Below are positions 9,238-19,016 of a stretch of DNA of 64,000 bases, piece by piece. How positions within the stretch are numbered: position 1 is the first letter of the stretch; each line of letters begins with the position of its first letter. Origin of the DNA: an uncultured Sphaerochaeta sp. (GTDB lineage: Bacteria; Spirochaetota; Spirochaetia; Sphaerochaetales; Sphaerochaetaceae); the NCBI GenBank assembly GCA_964617345.1, contig CAZTXW010000002.1, positions 3,100-67,099 of the forward strand, in the 5' to 3' direction. Below the pieces are notes generated by a model. That model did no database searches. It was not told the DNA's origin and saw nothing but the letters and a program-made list of their open reading frames with translations. A program made the translations under genes and the position numbers.

Positions 9238-9987
9238 TTACAGCAAATTCCACTTCTTTTTCAGTGCATCGAAGGAGCCGTCAGCCATTGCCACTTCAAG
9301 GCCCTTGTTGATCAGGGCAAGCAGCTTGGTATCGTCCTTTCTTACTGCAATGGCGATATCTTCCTTGGTGAAAGGTTCGCCTGCAATGGAGAGGCGGCTC
9401 TTGTAGTTGTCGTTGGCCAGTACGAAGTCGCTGGCGATGATCGAGTCACAGACAGCTGCATCCACATTGCCGTTGAGCATGTCCTCGATGGCGAGGCCGA
9501 TGTCGTCGTACGCACGCTTTTCAACCGGGTAGTTCTCCAGGGCAAAGTCACCGGTCGTCCCGATCTGCACACCGATTTTCTTTCCTGCCAGATCATTGAT
9601 TCCCTTGACCTTTGCACTGTCCTTGGTGGGGATGATGACCACCTGGCCAGCTTCCAGGATGGTGGTGGAGAAAGCCATGACAGCCTTTCTCTCTTCTGTG
9701 ACGGTGACCCCTGAGGCTACACCATCATATGCACCGTTGCCAAGACCTGCAAAGATGGTATCCCAGGGGACATTCTTCACGACCATGGATGCCCCTGCTT
9801 TCTCTCCGATGAGGGGGACGAGCTCTACTTCAAAGCCGGTCAGCACACCATTGTCTACAAACTCAAGGGGAGGCCAGGTGGCATCAGAGGCGAATACATA
9901 GGTTTTGGCTGTATCTTCCTTTGCTCCTCCTGCAAACAGGGAGAGGGAAACCAAGAGTACCAAAAGGATAACGGATATTTTTTTCAT
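9238..9987 (-). CDS. Basic/polar amino-acid ABC substrate-binding protein (SBP_bac_3), paralogue 2
   Basis: DATWPPLEF, WDTIFAGL, IGVQIGTTG; visibly paralogous to 6764..7552; RBS AAGGAG. Confidence 0.93.
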   Translation of the reverse strand: MKKISVILLVLLVSLSLFAGGAKEDTAKTYVFASDATWPPLEFVDNGVLTGFEVELVPLIGEKAGASMVVKNVPWDTIFAGLGNGAYDGVASGVTVTEERKAVMAFSTTILEAGQVVIIPTKDSAKVKGINDLAGKKIGVQIGTTGDFALENYPVEKRAYDDIGLAIEDMLNGNVDAAVCDSIIASDFVLANDNYKSRLSIAGEPFTKEDIAIAVRKDDTKLLALINKGLEVAMADGSFDALKKKWNLL

Positions 9988-10020
9988 AGGGTAAGCTCCT
10001 TACATTAGTATAGAGCATGA

Positions 10021-10066
10021 TGAATACTTATGCAAAAAGAGTCAAGCATATACGAATAAATATGCA
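10021..10066. promoter_or_regulatory. Pair of ARG-box-like operators flanking a minus-strand TTGACT
   Basis: TGAATACTTATGCA (10021-10034) and CGAATAAATATGCA (10053-10066); AGTCAA at 10040-10045. Confidence 0.72.
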
Positions 10067-10202
10067 GTATTGTCTTGCCTACAGCACTCCTTGCAGGAGG
10101 GTTCGCACACATCGTGTCGTCGGATGGGGACATCCTTGGCCATGTAGCGGTTGAACAGGGTATCATGATGAGAGGTTCCAGCTATCCAGCATGGGAACGC
10201 AC

Positions 10203-10667
10203 CTATATACCGACAATGTACTGTGTGATCGTCAGGCCTATGATCAGGCCAAGGAGGGCTCCGCTCAATACCTGGCTGAATGAGTGACCCAGCATGGTCT
10301 TGAGATTTTCCGGATTGAACGGCCCTTCCCGATGGATGTCGCTCAAGAGGCGGCTCCACTCGTTGATGACTTCGGCCTGCTTACCTGCAGCACGCCTGAT
10401 GCCCATCGCATCATGGATGACTATCGATGCAAAGGTGAACGAAATGGCAAAATACACGGTACCCACACCTACGGTCAAGGCTATGCTTGTCGTGAGGGCT
10501 ATCACCCCTGCAGTATGGCTGGAGGGCATGCCTCCGGTACTGACCAGAAGCCTCCAGTCGAACTGTCGTTCAAGGATAGCGTTGATAAAGGGCTTGAGCA
10601 TCTGTGCAACAAACACAGAGAGGGCTGCTGCTACAAACGGTGCATTGGAAAGGATGTCATTGTTCAT
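10203..10667 (-). CDS. Divergent PAP2 family protein (DUF212)
   Basis: AQMLKP, TGGMPSSH, DAMGIRRAAGKQAEVIN, LGHSFSQV motifs. Confidence 0.9.
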   Translation of the reverse strand: MNNDILSNAPFVAAALSVFVAQMLKPFINAILERQFDWRLLVSTGGMPSSHTAGVIALTTSIALTVGVGTVYFAISFTFASIVIHDAMGIRRAAGKQAEVINEWSRLLSDIHREGPFNPENLKTMLGHSFSQVLSGALLGLIIGLTITQYIVGI

Positions 10668-10763
10668 AGCCCAAATGTATCCATTATTCCCTCTTTACGC
10701 AATATTGCTTCTTGCATTAGGGGTGCTAAACTTGCTATACATAGCCATATACGGGAGTCTGAG

Positions 10764-11957
10764 ATGGAATTTTCCAAAGAAAAAGTTGATTCGATACAGT
10801 TTTGGGTGCTCAATGTGGCATCCTTTGTTGCTCAGCTCACCATTGCCATGGTCAATCTTGCCATGGTGTACCACCTGCGTGGGTATTTCCACCTGAGTGC
10901 AGACAAGATAGGTATTGCCGCATCCATCAGCACAGGTGCATACCTTCTGTTCTGCATACTGCTCTCCCCCTATACCGTGCACTTCAAACCCAGGAACCTG
11001 GTTGAGACATCCCTCTTGGGTATGGCCGTTTCAGTAGGATTCTTTGCCTCTACATCGAACCTCGCCGTAGCCTACATCTCTTTGGGCATCTATGGTGCAT
11101 TCATGAGCCTGCTCTGGCCCCAGATCGAAGGGTGGTTCTCCCGGGGGAAGGAAGGGGCCTCCCTCAGCCGGGTCTCCAACGCCTTCAACTTCTCCTGGTC
11201 AAGTGGGGTAGGGGTATCTTCCTTTGTTGCAGGCCTGCTTGTCGAGCGTTCGACCACCCTGCCTTTTTATGTCTCCATTGCACTATTCCTGCTGGTATTT
11301 CTTATGATTGCAACCAGCAGTGCCCTGGTTCCTGGGATCAGGGCGATGAAGAGCGAAAAAGAGGAGAACCGTGAAACCGAGAAGGTCGATGAGAGCACTC
11401 CCCTTCGTTTTTACTGCTGGATCGGGGTGATAATCCTCTATACCGGCATGAGTGTCATCCTTACCATCTTCCCCCTCTATGCCCAGGATGTGCTGTTGAT
11501 CAGCGAAAGCTTCACCGGCTTGCTGTTGCTCTTCCGTGGGGTGGCAACCTGCATCAGCTTCCTGTTGCTTGGCAAGTTTGCCTTCTGGCACTTCAGGAAA
11601 CGGTACATTTTCCTGGTCCAGTTCCTGTTTGCCCTCTCCTGTCTGGTCCTCACCGGATTTTCCAGCATGTTCGCCTATGGGCTGTTCTTCCTGTTGTTTG
11701 GCATACTCTTCGCCACAGCCTACGCCCAAAGCATGTTCCATGGGGCAAGTGGAAGCATCAACCGATCGCAGCGCATGATCGTCCATGAGGTGCTGCTCAC
11801 TGTCGGCACCATCATCGGGGCAGTGCTGGGAGGCTACCTCTATGAGACCTTCTCCTTCTCCCTGGTGCTTCTGAGCATCGGGCTTGGGACGCTGGTGGTA
11901 CTCTCCCTTGAATTGATCACAGCCTTCACACTCTCCAGACGAGTCGTCATGGCTTAG
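10764..11957 (+). CDS. MFS transporter
   Basis: About 12 hydrophobic segments in two halves with a central charged loop. Start set at ATG 10764 (RBS GGGAG); the 5' extension in the ORF track overlaps DUF212 on the opposite strand. Confidence 0.82.
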   Translation: MEFSKEKVDSIQFWVLNVASFVAQLTIAMVNLAMVYHLRGYFHLSADKIGIAASISTGAYLLFCILLSPYTVHFKPRNLVETSLLGMAVSVGFFASTSNLAVAYISLGIYGAFMSLLWPQIEGWFSRGKEGASLSRVSNAFNFSWSSGVGVSSFVAGLLVERSTTLPFYVSIALFLLVFLMIATSSALVPGIRAMKSEKEENRETEKVDESTPLRFYCWIGVIILYTGMSVILTIFPLYAQDVLLISESFTGLLLLFRGVATCISFLLLGKFAFWHFRKRYIFLVQFLFALSCLVLTGFSSMFAYGLFFLLFGILFATAYAQSMFHGASGSINRSQRMIVHEVLLTVGTIIGAVLGGYLYETFSFSLVLLSIGLGTLVVLSLELITAFTLSRRVVMA

Positions 11958-12018
11958 GAGGTTTCCAAGCCAGCCATCTATCGGATACACTGAAGACAAT
12001 GAGAACAAAGGAGCACAT

Positions 12019-13956
12019 ATGGGCAAGAACCTTACTGAAAAAATTCTATCCGCTCACCTGATGGAGGGCACACTGGAGAAAGGAAATCCTATTGGTATCC
12101 GCATTGACCAGACCCTTACCCAGGATGCTACAGGCACCATGGCCTACCTCCAATTCGAGGCGATGGGCCTACCCAGGGTCAAGAACGAACTCGCAGTCAG
12201 TTATGTGGACCACAATACGATTCAGGTTGGCTTTGAAAATGCCGATGACCACCGCTATCTGCAGAGTGTTGCAGCAAGCAAGGGTGTGATCTACTCCCGT
12301 CCTGGCAATGGCATCTGCCACCAGGTGCATCTGGAGCGGTTCGGCAAGCCCGGTTCCACCCTCTTGGGTAGTGACAGCCATACACCCACCGGTGGTGGGC
12401 TTGGTATGATAGCCATCGGTTCCGGTGGCCTTGATGTTGCTGTAGCCATGGCAGGGGGGGCATTCCACCTCATCGCACCCAAGGTTGTCGAGATTCGCCT
12501 TACCGGAAAACTCCGTCCTTGGATCTCTGCCAAGGATGTCATCCTCGCAGTTTTGGAGCATTTTACCACCAAGGGCAATGTGAACTGCATCTTTGAATAT
12601 ACCGGAGACGGAGTGGCATCCCTTGAGGTCCCCGAGCGTTCGACCATCTGCAATATGGGCGCTGAGGCTGGGGTCACCACCAGCCTGTTCCCCTCCGATG
12701 AGAATACCCGCCGCTTCCTGGAAGGGCACAACAGGGGTGAGGACTACAAGCCTCTCTCTGCTGACCCTGGGGCAACCTATGATGACCTCTTTGAGATCGA
12801 CCTGTCCACCCTTGAGGCACGGATCGCCCTGCCGCACTCCCCGGACAATATCGTCTTGGTCAAGGATGTGGCTGGCAAGAGGGTGGACCAGGTGCTCATC
12901 GGCTCCTGTACGAACAGCAGCTATGTCGACATGAAGAAGGTCGCAGACCTTCTCTCTGGCAAGGTGGTGCACCCTTCGGTGAGCCTGGGCGTTGCCCCGG
13001 GAAGCCGAGAGGTATTCATGATGCTTGCCAATGATGGTTCGTTGGCCAAGCTCATTGCCAGCGGAGCCCGTATCCTGGAGAGTGCCTGCGGTTTTTGCAT
13101 AGGCAATCACCAGAGCCCGGGATCGGAGGGGGTATCGCTGAGGACCAATAACCGTAACTTCGAGGGTCGCAGCGGCACCAAGAGCGGACTTGTCTATCTG
13201 GTCAGTCCGGAAGTGGCCGCCCTCGGAGCCCTTACCGGCGAGATTACCGACCCTCTTTCCGCCCATGGCTTTGCCTACCCCAAGGTTACCGTGCCAGCCA
13301 AGTTCCTGGTCGATGACTCCATGCTGATATTCCCACCTGAGGATGGAAGTGATGTGACGATCTTCCGCGGTCCGAACATCGGCGACCCTCCCAAGAACAC
13401 TGCCCTGAGTGAGGATCTCAAGGGTGTGGTGACCCTCAAGGTAGGGGATAAGATCACCACCGACCACATCATGCCTGCAGGGGCCAGGCTCAAGTATCGT
13501 TCCAACATCGTGGAATACTCCAAGTATGTCTTCGAACCGGTAGACCCGAGTTTTGCCACCCGCTGCCAGGAGAACCAGAAGGAGGGAAAGGCCAATTTCA
13601 TCGTTGCCGGCTCCTCCTATGGCCAGGGCAGCAGCCGCGAGCACGCAGCTATTTGTCCGATGTACCTGGGGGTCAAGGCGGTCATCGCCCTCTCCATAGA
13701 ACGCATCCACCAGAACAACCTCTGCAACTTCGGGATCATCCCCCTGACCTTCGCCAACGGGGATGACTATGCGAAGATAGAGCAGGGCGATCTTCTGGAC
13801 CTACAGGATATTCGCACACAGATAGGGACTGGAAAGGTCATCCTGGATAACAAGACCAAAGGAGTATCCATTCCCCTCGTCTGTGATATTACTGACGAGC
13901 AGCATGCGATGTTGCTTGCAGGGGGACTGCTCAACGTCCTCAAGGAGAAAGAGTGA
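12019..13956 (+). CDS. acn: Aconitate hydratase
   Basis: [54 protein letters not shown]; adjacent to icd. Confidence 0.92.
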   Translation: MGKNLTEKILSAHLMEGTLEKGNPIGIRIDQTLTQDATGTMAYLQFEAMGLPRVKNELAVSYVDHNTIQVGFENADDHRYLQSVAASKGVIYSRPGNGICHQVHLERFGKPGSTLLGSDSHTPTGGGLGMIAIGSGGLDVAVAMAGGAFHLIAPKVVEIRLTGKLRPWISAKDVILAVLEHFTTKGNVNCIFEYTGDGVASLEVPERSTICNMGAEAGVTTSLFPSDENTRRFLEGHNRGEDYKPLSADPGATYDDLFEIDLSTLEARIALPHSPDNIVLVKDVAGKRVDQVLIGSCTNSSYVDMKKVADLLSGKVVHPSVSLGVAPGSREVFMMLANDGSLAKLIASGARILESACGFCIGNHQSPGSEGVSLRTNNRNFEGRSGTKSGLVYLVSPEVAALGALTGEITDPLSAHGFAYPKVTVPAKFLVDDSMLIFPPEDGSDVTIFRGPNIGDPPKNTALSEDLKGVVTLKVGDKITTDHIMPAGARLKYRSNIVEYSKYVFEPVDPSFATRCQENQKEGKANFIVAGSSYGQGSSREHAAICPMYLGVKAVIALSIERIHQNNLCNFGIIPLTFANGDDYAKIEQGDLLDLQDIRTQIGTGKVILDNKTKGVSIPLVCDITDEQHAMLLAGGLLNVLKEKE

Positions 13957-15188
13957 TGCAAGAAGGGATCATAACCATACAAGGCAATGAACTACAGGTT
14001 CCCTCCCATCCTATCATCCCCTTTATTGAAGGTGATGGGGTAGGGCCTGAAATTACTGCTGTCATGAAACGTGTTGTCGATTCTGCTGTGGAAAAAGCCT
14101 ATGGGGGCGAACGTAGCATTGTCTGGAAAGAGGTGCTTGCAGGACAGAAGGCCAAGGATACAACCGGATCCTATCTCCCCGATGAGACCCTTGATGCAAT
14201 ACGCACCTATCGTGTTGCGATAAAGGGACCCTTGACCACCCCTGTGGGCAAGGGCATCCGAAGCCTGAACGTAACGCTCAGGCAGAATCTTGACCTATTT
14301 GTCTGTTTACGCCCAGTGCACTACTTCAGCGGAGTCCCTTCCCCGGTAAAGTATCCCGAGAAGGTCGATATGGTGGTCTTTCGGGAGAATACCGAGGATA
14401 TCTACGCCGGTATCGAGTGGGAGGCAGGCAGTGCGGAGGTGGAGAAGGTCATAGACTTTTTGCAGACCGAGATGGGGGTCACCAACATCCGCTTCCCCCA
14501 GACCAGTGCCATCGGTATCAAGCCGGTCTCCGTTGAGGGCAGTGAGCGCCTGATCCGTAGCGCCATCGACTACGCCCTGAAGAACAGGCGCAAGAGTGTC
14601 ACCCTTGTGCACAAGGGTAACATCATGAAGTTCACCGAGGGGGGATTCCTCCGATGGGGGTATGATCTTGCCAAGCGTGAGTTTGGGGCCAAGAGGGAGA
14701 AGAACGGTACCATCGCAATTGCACGTGAAGGAATGGAGCCTCTGGTAATCCAGGACTGCATCTGTGATGCATTCCTGCAGAATATCCTGCTTACCCCCGA
14801 TCGCTATGATGTCATCGCCACGCTGAACCTCAACGGTGACTATGTTTCCGACGCCTTGGCCGCATCTGTTGGAGGTATTGGTATCGCCCCAGGGGCGAAT
14901 ATCAATACCAACAGCAAGTATGCCATCTTTGAGGCTACCCATGGGACAGCTCCGGACATTGCAGGGACGGATGTCGTAAATCCTCTCTCCCTGGTCCTTT
15001 CCTCTGAGATGATGTTGCGGTACTTGGGTTGGGAAGAAGCAGCAGACCGGCTCTTCCTTGCAGTCGAGCGGGCCATTGGCTGTGGCAAGGTTACAGGGGA
15101 CTTCCATCGCATGATGGTCGAAGAGAACATCCCTTGCGAAAAGTTGGGCACCAAGGCGTTTGGGGACCTACTGGTCTCCCTACTCTAG
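13953..15188 (+). CDS. icd: NADP-dependent isocitrate dehydrogenase
   Basis: [71 protein letters not shown]. Confidence 0.96.
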   Translation: MMQEGIITIQGNELQVPSHPIIPFIEGDGVGPEITAVMKRVVDSAVEKAYGGERSIVWKEVLAGQKAKDTTGSYLPDETLDAIRTYRVAIKGPLTTPVGKGIRSLNVTLRQNLDLFVCLRPVHYFSGVPSPVKYPEKVDMVVFRENTEDIYAGIEWEAGSAEVEKVIDFLQTEMGVTNIRFPQTSAIGIKPVSVEGSERLIRSAIDYALKNRRKSVTLVHKGNIMKFTEGGFLRWGYDLAKREFGAKREKNGTIAIAREGMEPLVIQDCICDAFLQNILLTPDRYDVIATLNLNGDYVSDALAASVGGIGIAPGANINTNSKYAIFEATHGTAPDIAGTDVVNPLSLVLSSEMMLRYLGWEEAADRLFLAVERAIGCGKVTGDFHRMMVEENIPCEKLGTKAFGDLLVSLL

Positions 15189-15845
15189 GACAAACTGATC
15201 GAAACTGGTGATGTGGCCATGGGTTTCCCCCATGGCCGCAGTTGTCCCTATGTCCGCTCCCAGGCTTGCAACGGCGTAGATTCTTGAGATTTTCGCCCTA
15301 TGGGCGCTGAGGATGCCACTTTTGGTATCCTCGAATACCACACAGGATCCTCCATCCAGACCCAAGGCAGAGAGGGTGTCGAGATAGATGGCGGGATCGG
15401 GCTTGCCCTTGCGCTTGTAGTCATCGGTGATGATCAAAGAGTCGCTGAAGTAGGTGTTGAGGGAGAACCACCTCTTGTACCAAGCCATATTGTCAGGACC
15501 TGCACTGGTGGCGATGGCCAGCTTGAGGCCCTTCTTCAGGGCTTTTTCAAACAGGCAAATAGCCCCTGGGGCGAGACTCAGGGGCATGGCATCTTGGCAC
15601 ATTTGGATATACAGCTGTTCTTTCTCTGCAGAAATTTCCTTGATCTGGCCTGGAGGAATACCATCGCCTACCAGAAAGGAGATGGTCTCGCTGTTTGTCC
15701 TGCCGTTGAGCAGATGCATCTGCTCTTCAGTGTAGGGGCTCGTGCCATACTTGGAGGCAATAGCGGCCCACGCCTTCTGGTGATACAGCGTATCCCAGAA
15801 GAGTGTTCCATTGAAATCGAAGATAAGGGCCTTAACGGTCTTCAA
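15180..15845 (-). CDS. HAD-family phosphatase (beta-phosphoglucomutase-like)
   Basis: IFDFNGTL (DxN variant), [15 protein letters not shown]. Confidence 0.85.
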   Translation of the reverse strand: MKTVKALIFDFNGTLFWDTLYHQKAWAAIASKYGTSPYTEEQMHLLNGRTNSETISFLVGDGIPPGQIKEISAEKEQLYIQMCQDAMPLSLAPGAICLFEKALKKGLKLAIATSAGPDNMAWYKRWFSLNTYFSDSLIITDDYKRKGKPDPAIYLDTLSALGLDGGSCVVFEDTKSGILSAHRAKISRIYAVASLGADIGTTAAMGETHGHITSFDQFVLE

Positions 15846-17127
15846 GAGGCAAGACCTCCCGTTCCTGAAGGCCGGAGTAGACCTGGCGAGGACGCCCGAT
15901 CTTCTGGTACGGGTCGTGTCTCCACTCCAACCAGTGGGCTATCCAGCCGGGGAGCCTTCCCATGGCAAACAGGACGGTAAACATCGACTCGGGGATTCCC
16001 ATGGCATGGAAGATGATGCCGGTGTAGAAGTCGATGTTGGGATAGAGGTTGCGCTCGATGAAGTAGGGATCACTTAGGGCGACCCTTTCAAGTTCGAGGG
16101 CCAACTGCAGCAGGGGATCCTTCTTGCTGTCCGCACCCAGCACCTCCTCGCAGAGCTTCTTTGCAATCTTTGCCCTGGGGTCATAGGTCTTGTAGACACG
16201 GTGGCCGAAGCCTGAGAGACGGAAGGGGTTGTCCTTGTCCTTGGACATGGCTAGGACCTCCTCGATGCTCAGCCCATCGTTGAGGATGGTGTTGAGCATC
16301 TCCAGGACCGCCTGGTTTGCCCCACCGTGCTTGCTTCCCCAGAGGGCGCAGCACCCAGCGGCAACCGAGGCATAGAGGTTTGCCTCGCTGCTACCGACAA
16401 GCCTGACGGCACTGGTGGAACAGTTCTGCTCATGGTCGGCATGCAGGATGAGCAGGATATTCAGCGCCCTCACATGCAAGGGGTCGGGCTCGTAGGCATT
16501 GACCGGGGTCCAGAACATCATGTTCAGGAAGTTCTCACAGTAGGAGAACTTGTAGGAGGGTTCCTTGAAGTCGAGCCCGTTCATCTGGCGGTAGCTGAAT
16601 GCTGCGATGGTACGCATCTTGGACAAGAGCCGGCTGATGGTGAGGTCGACGTTCTCTTCAGGGTCAACATCGGCTATCTCAGGATAGAAGGCCGAAAGGG
16701 AGGCGACCATGGCCGAAAGGATCGACATGGGGTGTGCTTCCTGGGGGAAGTCACGGAAAAAGTTACGCATGTCGATATGCAACAGGGAGTGGCGGTTGAG
16801 CATCTCCGCATACTTGTGTCGTTCGGGCAGGTTGGGAAGCTCACCCTTGATGAGCAGGTGCGCCACCTCGACAAAGTCGCAGTGTTCCACCAGATCCTCG
16901 ATATCATAGCCACGATATCTCAGGATTCCGTTTTCCCCATCGACAAAACAGATGGAGCTCATGCAGGAGCCGGTATTCACAAAGCCCGGGTCATAGGTGA
17001 TGAACCCGGTCTCAGTGCGCAGGCGGGTGATATCAAGGGACTTGCCCCCCATATTGTCGGTGATCACCGTCATGGGAACCTCACGGTCTCCTATGATCAG
17101 CTTAGCTCCTTCCTTATTGATGTCCAT
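15832..17127 (-). CDS. gltA: Citrate synthase (type II)
   Basis: YDPGFVNTGSC, HADHEQNCST, HGGANQ, GFGHRVYK, YPNIDFY; RBS GAGGAGG. Confidence 0.96.
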   Translation of the reverse strand: MDINKEGAKLIIGDREVPMTVITDNMGGKSLDITRLRTETGFITYDPGFVNTGSCMSSICFVDGENGILRYRGYDIEDLVEHCDFVEVAHLLIKGELPNLPERHKYAEMLNRHSLLHIDMRNFFRDFPQEAHPMSILSAMVASLSAFYPEIADVDPEENVDLTISRLLSKMRTIAAFSYRQMNGLDFKEPSYKFSYCENFLNMMFWTPVNAYEPDPLHVRALNILLILHADHEQNCSTSAVRLVGSSEANLYASVAAGCCALWGSKHGGANQAVLEMLNTILNDGLSIEEVLAMSKDKDNPFRLSGFGHRVYKTYDPRAKIAKKLCEEVLGADSKKDPLLQLALELERVALSDPYFIERNLYPNIDFYTGIIFHAMGIPESMFTVLFAMGRLPGWIAHWLEWRHDPYQKIGRPRQVYSGLQEREVLPLEDR

Positions 17128-17428
17128 GGTACGCCTCCTCTCAGGTGTGTGTATATGCTAGGTTTCTGTGTTGTCTGTTTGGTATGGTTAACGTGAACAA
17201 AACCGGTTCTGGATAGCTTTGGTTGGGTCAGGCGATCGTGGTCCGTTGACCAAGGATCCCTCTCCTTTCACAGTGTGTGATTCACTGTATCCTATTTTTG
17301 CATAATTGCAAATATACGATGCAGCGAATCTTCTTCGCTTGGTGCAGGCATCAAAAAAGTCCATGCATCCATCCTCGCTTTTCTTTATTCCCTGCAACCT
17401 GTATACTCTAGGGGACAGGAGGTCCCAA

Positions 17429-17734
17429 GTGCAGGAAATTTTGATGCCTTTGGAGGAAGAAATCGTCGACATTGCTGATTTCTTCAAAGTGTTTGGAGAT
17501 CCTACCCGCTTGAAGATTCTTTTTCTATTGGAAAAGGGAGAGCGTGGGGTAAACTCCATCAGTGAAGAGTTGGGTATGCAGCAAAGTACCATAAGCCAGC
17601 AGTTGAAATTGCTTCGGGCAAGGCGATTGGTGCGATTCAGAAAAGATGGCAGAAACGTCCTGTACCGTCTCAATGATGAACATATCCATGATATCCTCGC
17701 CTTGGGGATAGAACACTACAGCGAGCTCCTATGA
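17429..17734 (+). CDS. ArsR/SmtB-family metalloregulator
   Basis: FKVFGDPTRLKIL, QSTISQQLKLL, RKDGRNVLY; alpha5 site DEH-x10-H-x2-E. GTG start at 17429 with AGGAGG 6 nt upstream. Confidence 0.9.
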   Translation: MQEILMPLEEEIVDIADFFKVFGDPTRLKILFLLEKGERGVNSISEELGMQQSTISQQLKLLRARRLVRFRKDGRNVLYRLNDEHIHDILALGIEHYSELL

Positions 17735-18474
17735 GCTATACTGTCGTTACCTTCAGTCCTACGGGTCAGAGCAAGGCTTGCGCCCTTGCTGTTGCAAAAG
17801 CTACCAAGCAGGAGTTTGTCGAGCGTGATGTGACTCATTTCATCCAGAGGAGAAAGCCCTTGGACCTCTCTGATACCACCCTCATCATAGCCTTCCCTGT
17901 ATATGGGGGAAGGGTCCCCCGTCTCTTTGCCGACTATTTCCGCAACCAGGTAAGTTGCACGAACTGCAAGGCCCTGGTGATCGCCACCTTCGGCAACCGT
18001 GCATTCGAGGATGCCCTCGTTGAGATGGAGGACCTTCTGCTGACAAAAGATGTCCCTCTCATAGCAGCTGCCTCGATAGGATGCCAGCACAGCTATACCG
18101 ACAAGGTGGGATCCAAGCGTCCTGACATTGAGGACTTCCAGGTTCTTGACCGTCTTGCTGTCTATCTCAATGGTGAGACAAGGAGCGTCCATCCTCCGGG
18201 GAACAGGCCCTACAAGAGGGATATGCCGGTTGCAGATCCCCCGTTCATGCCGACTCCCAGGAACAGGAAAGGGACGATACCCACCCAGTGCTATAGAGTC
18301 TGTCCGACCGGCTGCCTTGCTAAGGGAGATGCGAAGCTCTGCATCCACTGCTGCGCATGCATACAGCTTTCCAAACATGAGCTTGTCATGGAAAACCCCT
18401 GGTTTGCAACCTTTTCCAGACAGCTGGAAGAGACCTGCCAGGAGCGGGTGAATAGCACCCTCTATCTTCCCTAA
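17731..18474 (+). CDS. EFR1-like flavodoxin-ferredoxin fusion protein
   Basis: FSPTGQS, FPVYGGRVP, GNRAFEDALVE (flavodoxin-like); CYRVCP and CIHCCAC; ATGA-coupled to arsR. Confidence 0.8.
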   Translation: MSYTVVTFSPTGQSKACALAVAKATKQEFVERDVTHFIQRRKPLDLSDTTLIIAFPVYGGRVPRLFADYFRNQVSCTNCKALVIATFGNRAFEDALVEMEDLLLTKDVPLIAAASIGCQHSYTDKVGSKRPDIEDFQVLDRLAVYLNGETRSVHPPGNRPYKRDMPVADPPFMPTPRNRKGTIPTQCYRVCPTGCLAKGDAKLCIHCCACIQLSKHELVMENPWFATFSRQLEETCQERVNSTLYLP

Positions 18475-18478
18475 GTGT

Positions 18479-18949
18479 CTAGTAGAGCTGTTTGTTGTAC
18501 TCCTTGTAGTACTCAAACAGTTCCAGGCAAGCACTTTTATCCTCAGCTGTTAGCCTGATCACTGTCTCGTCGTTGCTTCCTCCTTCAATGAAGTCATAGA
18601 TGTAGCCATCCCGAAATCCAATCCTCTCTGCATCGGAGGGGCTACACCCGTAATGTACCTCCTTGATGTTTGCCCATATGCAGGCGGCAAGACACATCGG
18701 GCAGGGATAGCAGGTGGTGTAGAGCGTACAACCGCTCAGGTCGTGGCTCTGTTTCTCCTCACATGCCTTGCGGATGGCATTGACCTCTGCATGGGCGGTC
18801 GGGTCACAGCTTGCCAACACCGTATTGGATGCAAGGAATATCGAGCCCGACTCGTCTACGATTGCAGCTCCAAACGGTCCTCCTGCATTTGCGTTGACCG
18901 TCTGGCGTGCTGTTTCTGCCGCTTTCAAAAGTATCTCTTGTGTTTGCAT
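18479..18949 (-). CDS. Nucleoside/guanine deaminase (cytidine deaminase fold, GuaD-like)
   Basis: GGPFGA, DPTAHAEVNAIR, PCPMC, GFRD; start MQTQEIL with GGAG RBS. Confidence 0.88.
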   Translation of the reverse strand: MQTQEILLKAAETARQTVNANAGGPFGAAIVDESGSIFLASNTVLASCDPTAHAEVNAIRKACEEKQSHDLSGCTLYTTCYPCPMCLAACIWANIKEVHYGCSPSDAERIGFRDGYIYDFIEGGSNDETVIRLTAEDKSACLELFEYYKEYNKQLY

Positions 18950-19016
18950 CTGTACTCTCCAAAAAGAACATAGCACACAACCCAGGGTAATTCCACGATG
19001 CACGAGTATGCAGTAT

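Noticed and set aside
10284-10763. 160-aa N-terminal extension of the MFS ORF
   Set aside because: It is the antisense of DUF212; a better start with an SD exists at 10764.
12169-13710. Long antisense ORFs, for example 12169..13710, 51688..53049, 48840..49784, 46598..47557, 61177..62073 and 16327..17196
   Set aside because: They lie opposite well-identified genes, carry no motifs or RBS, and are expected shadows of GC-rich third-position codon bias.
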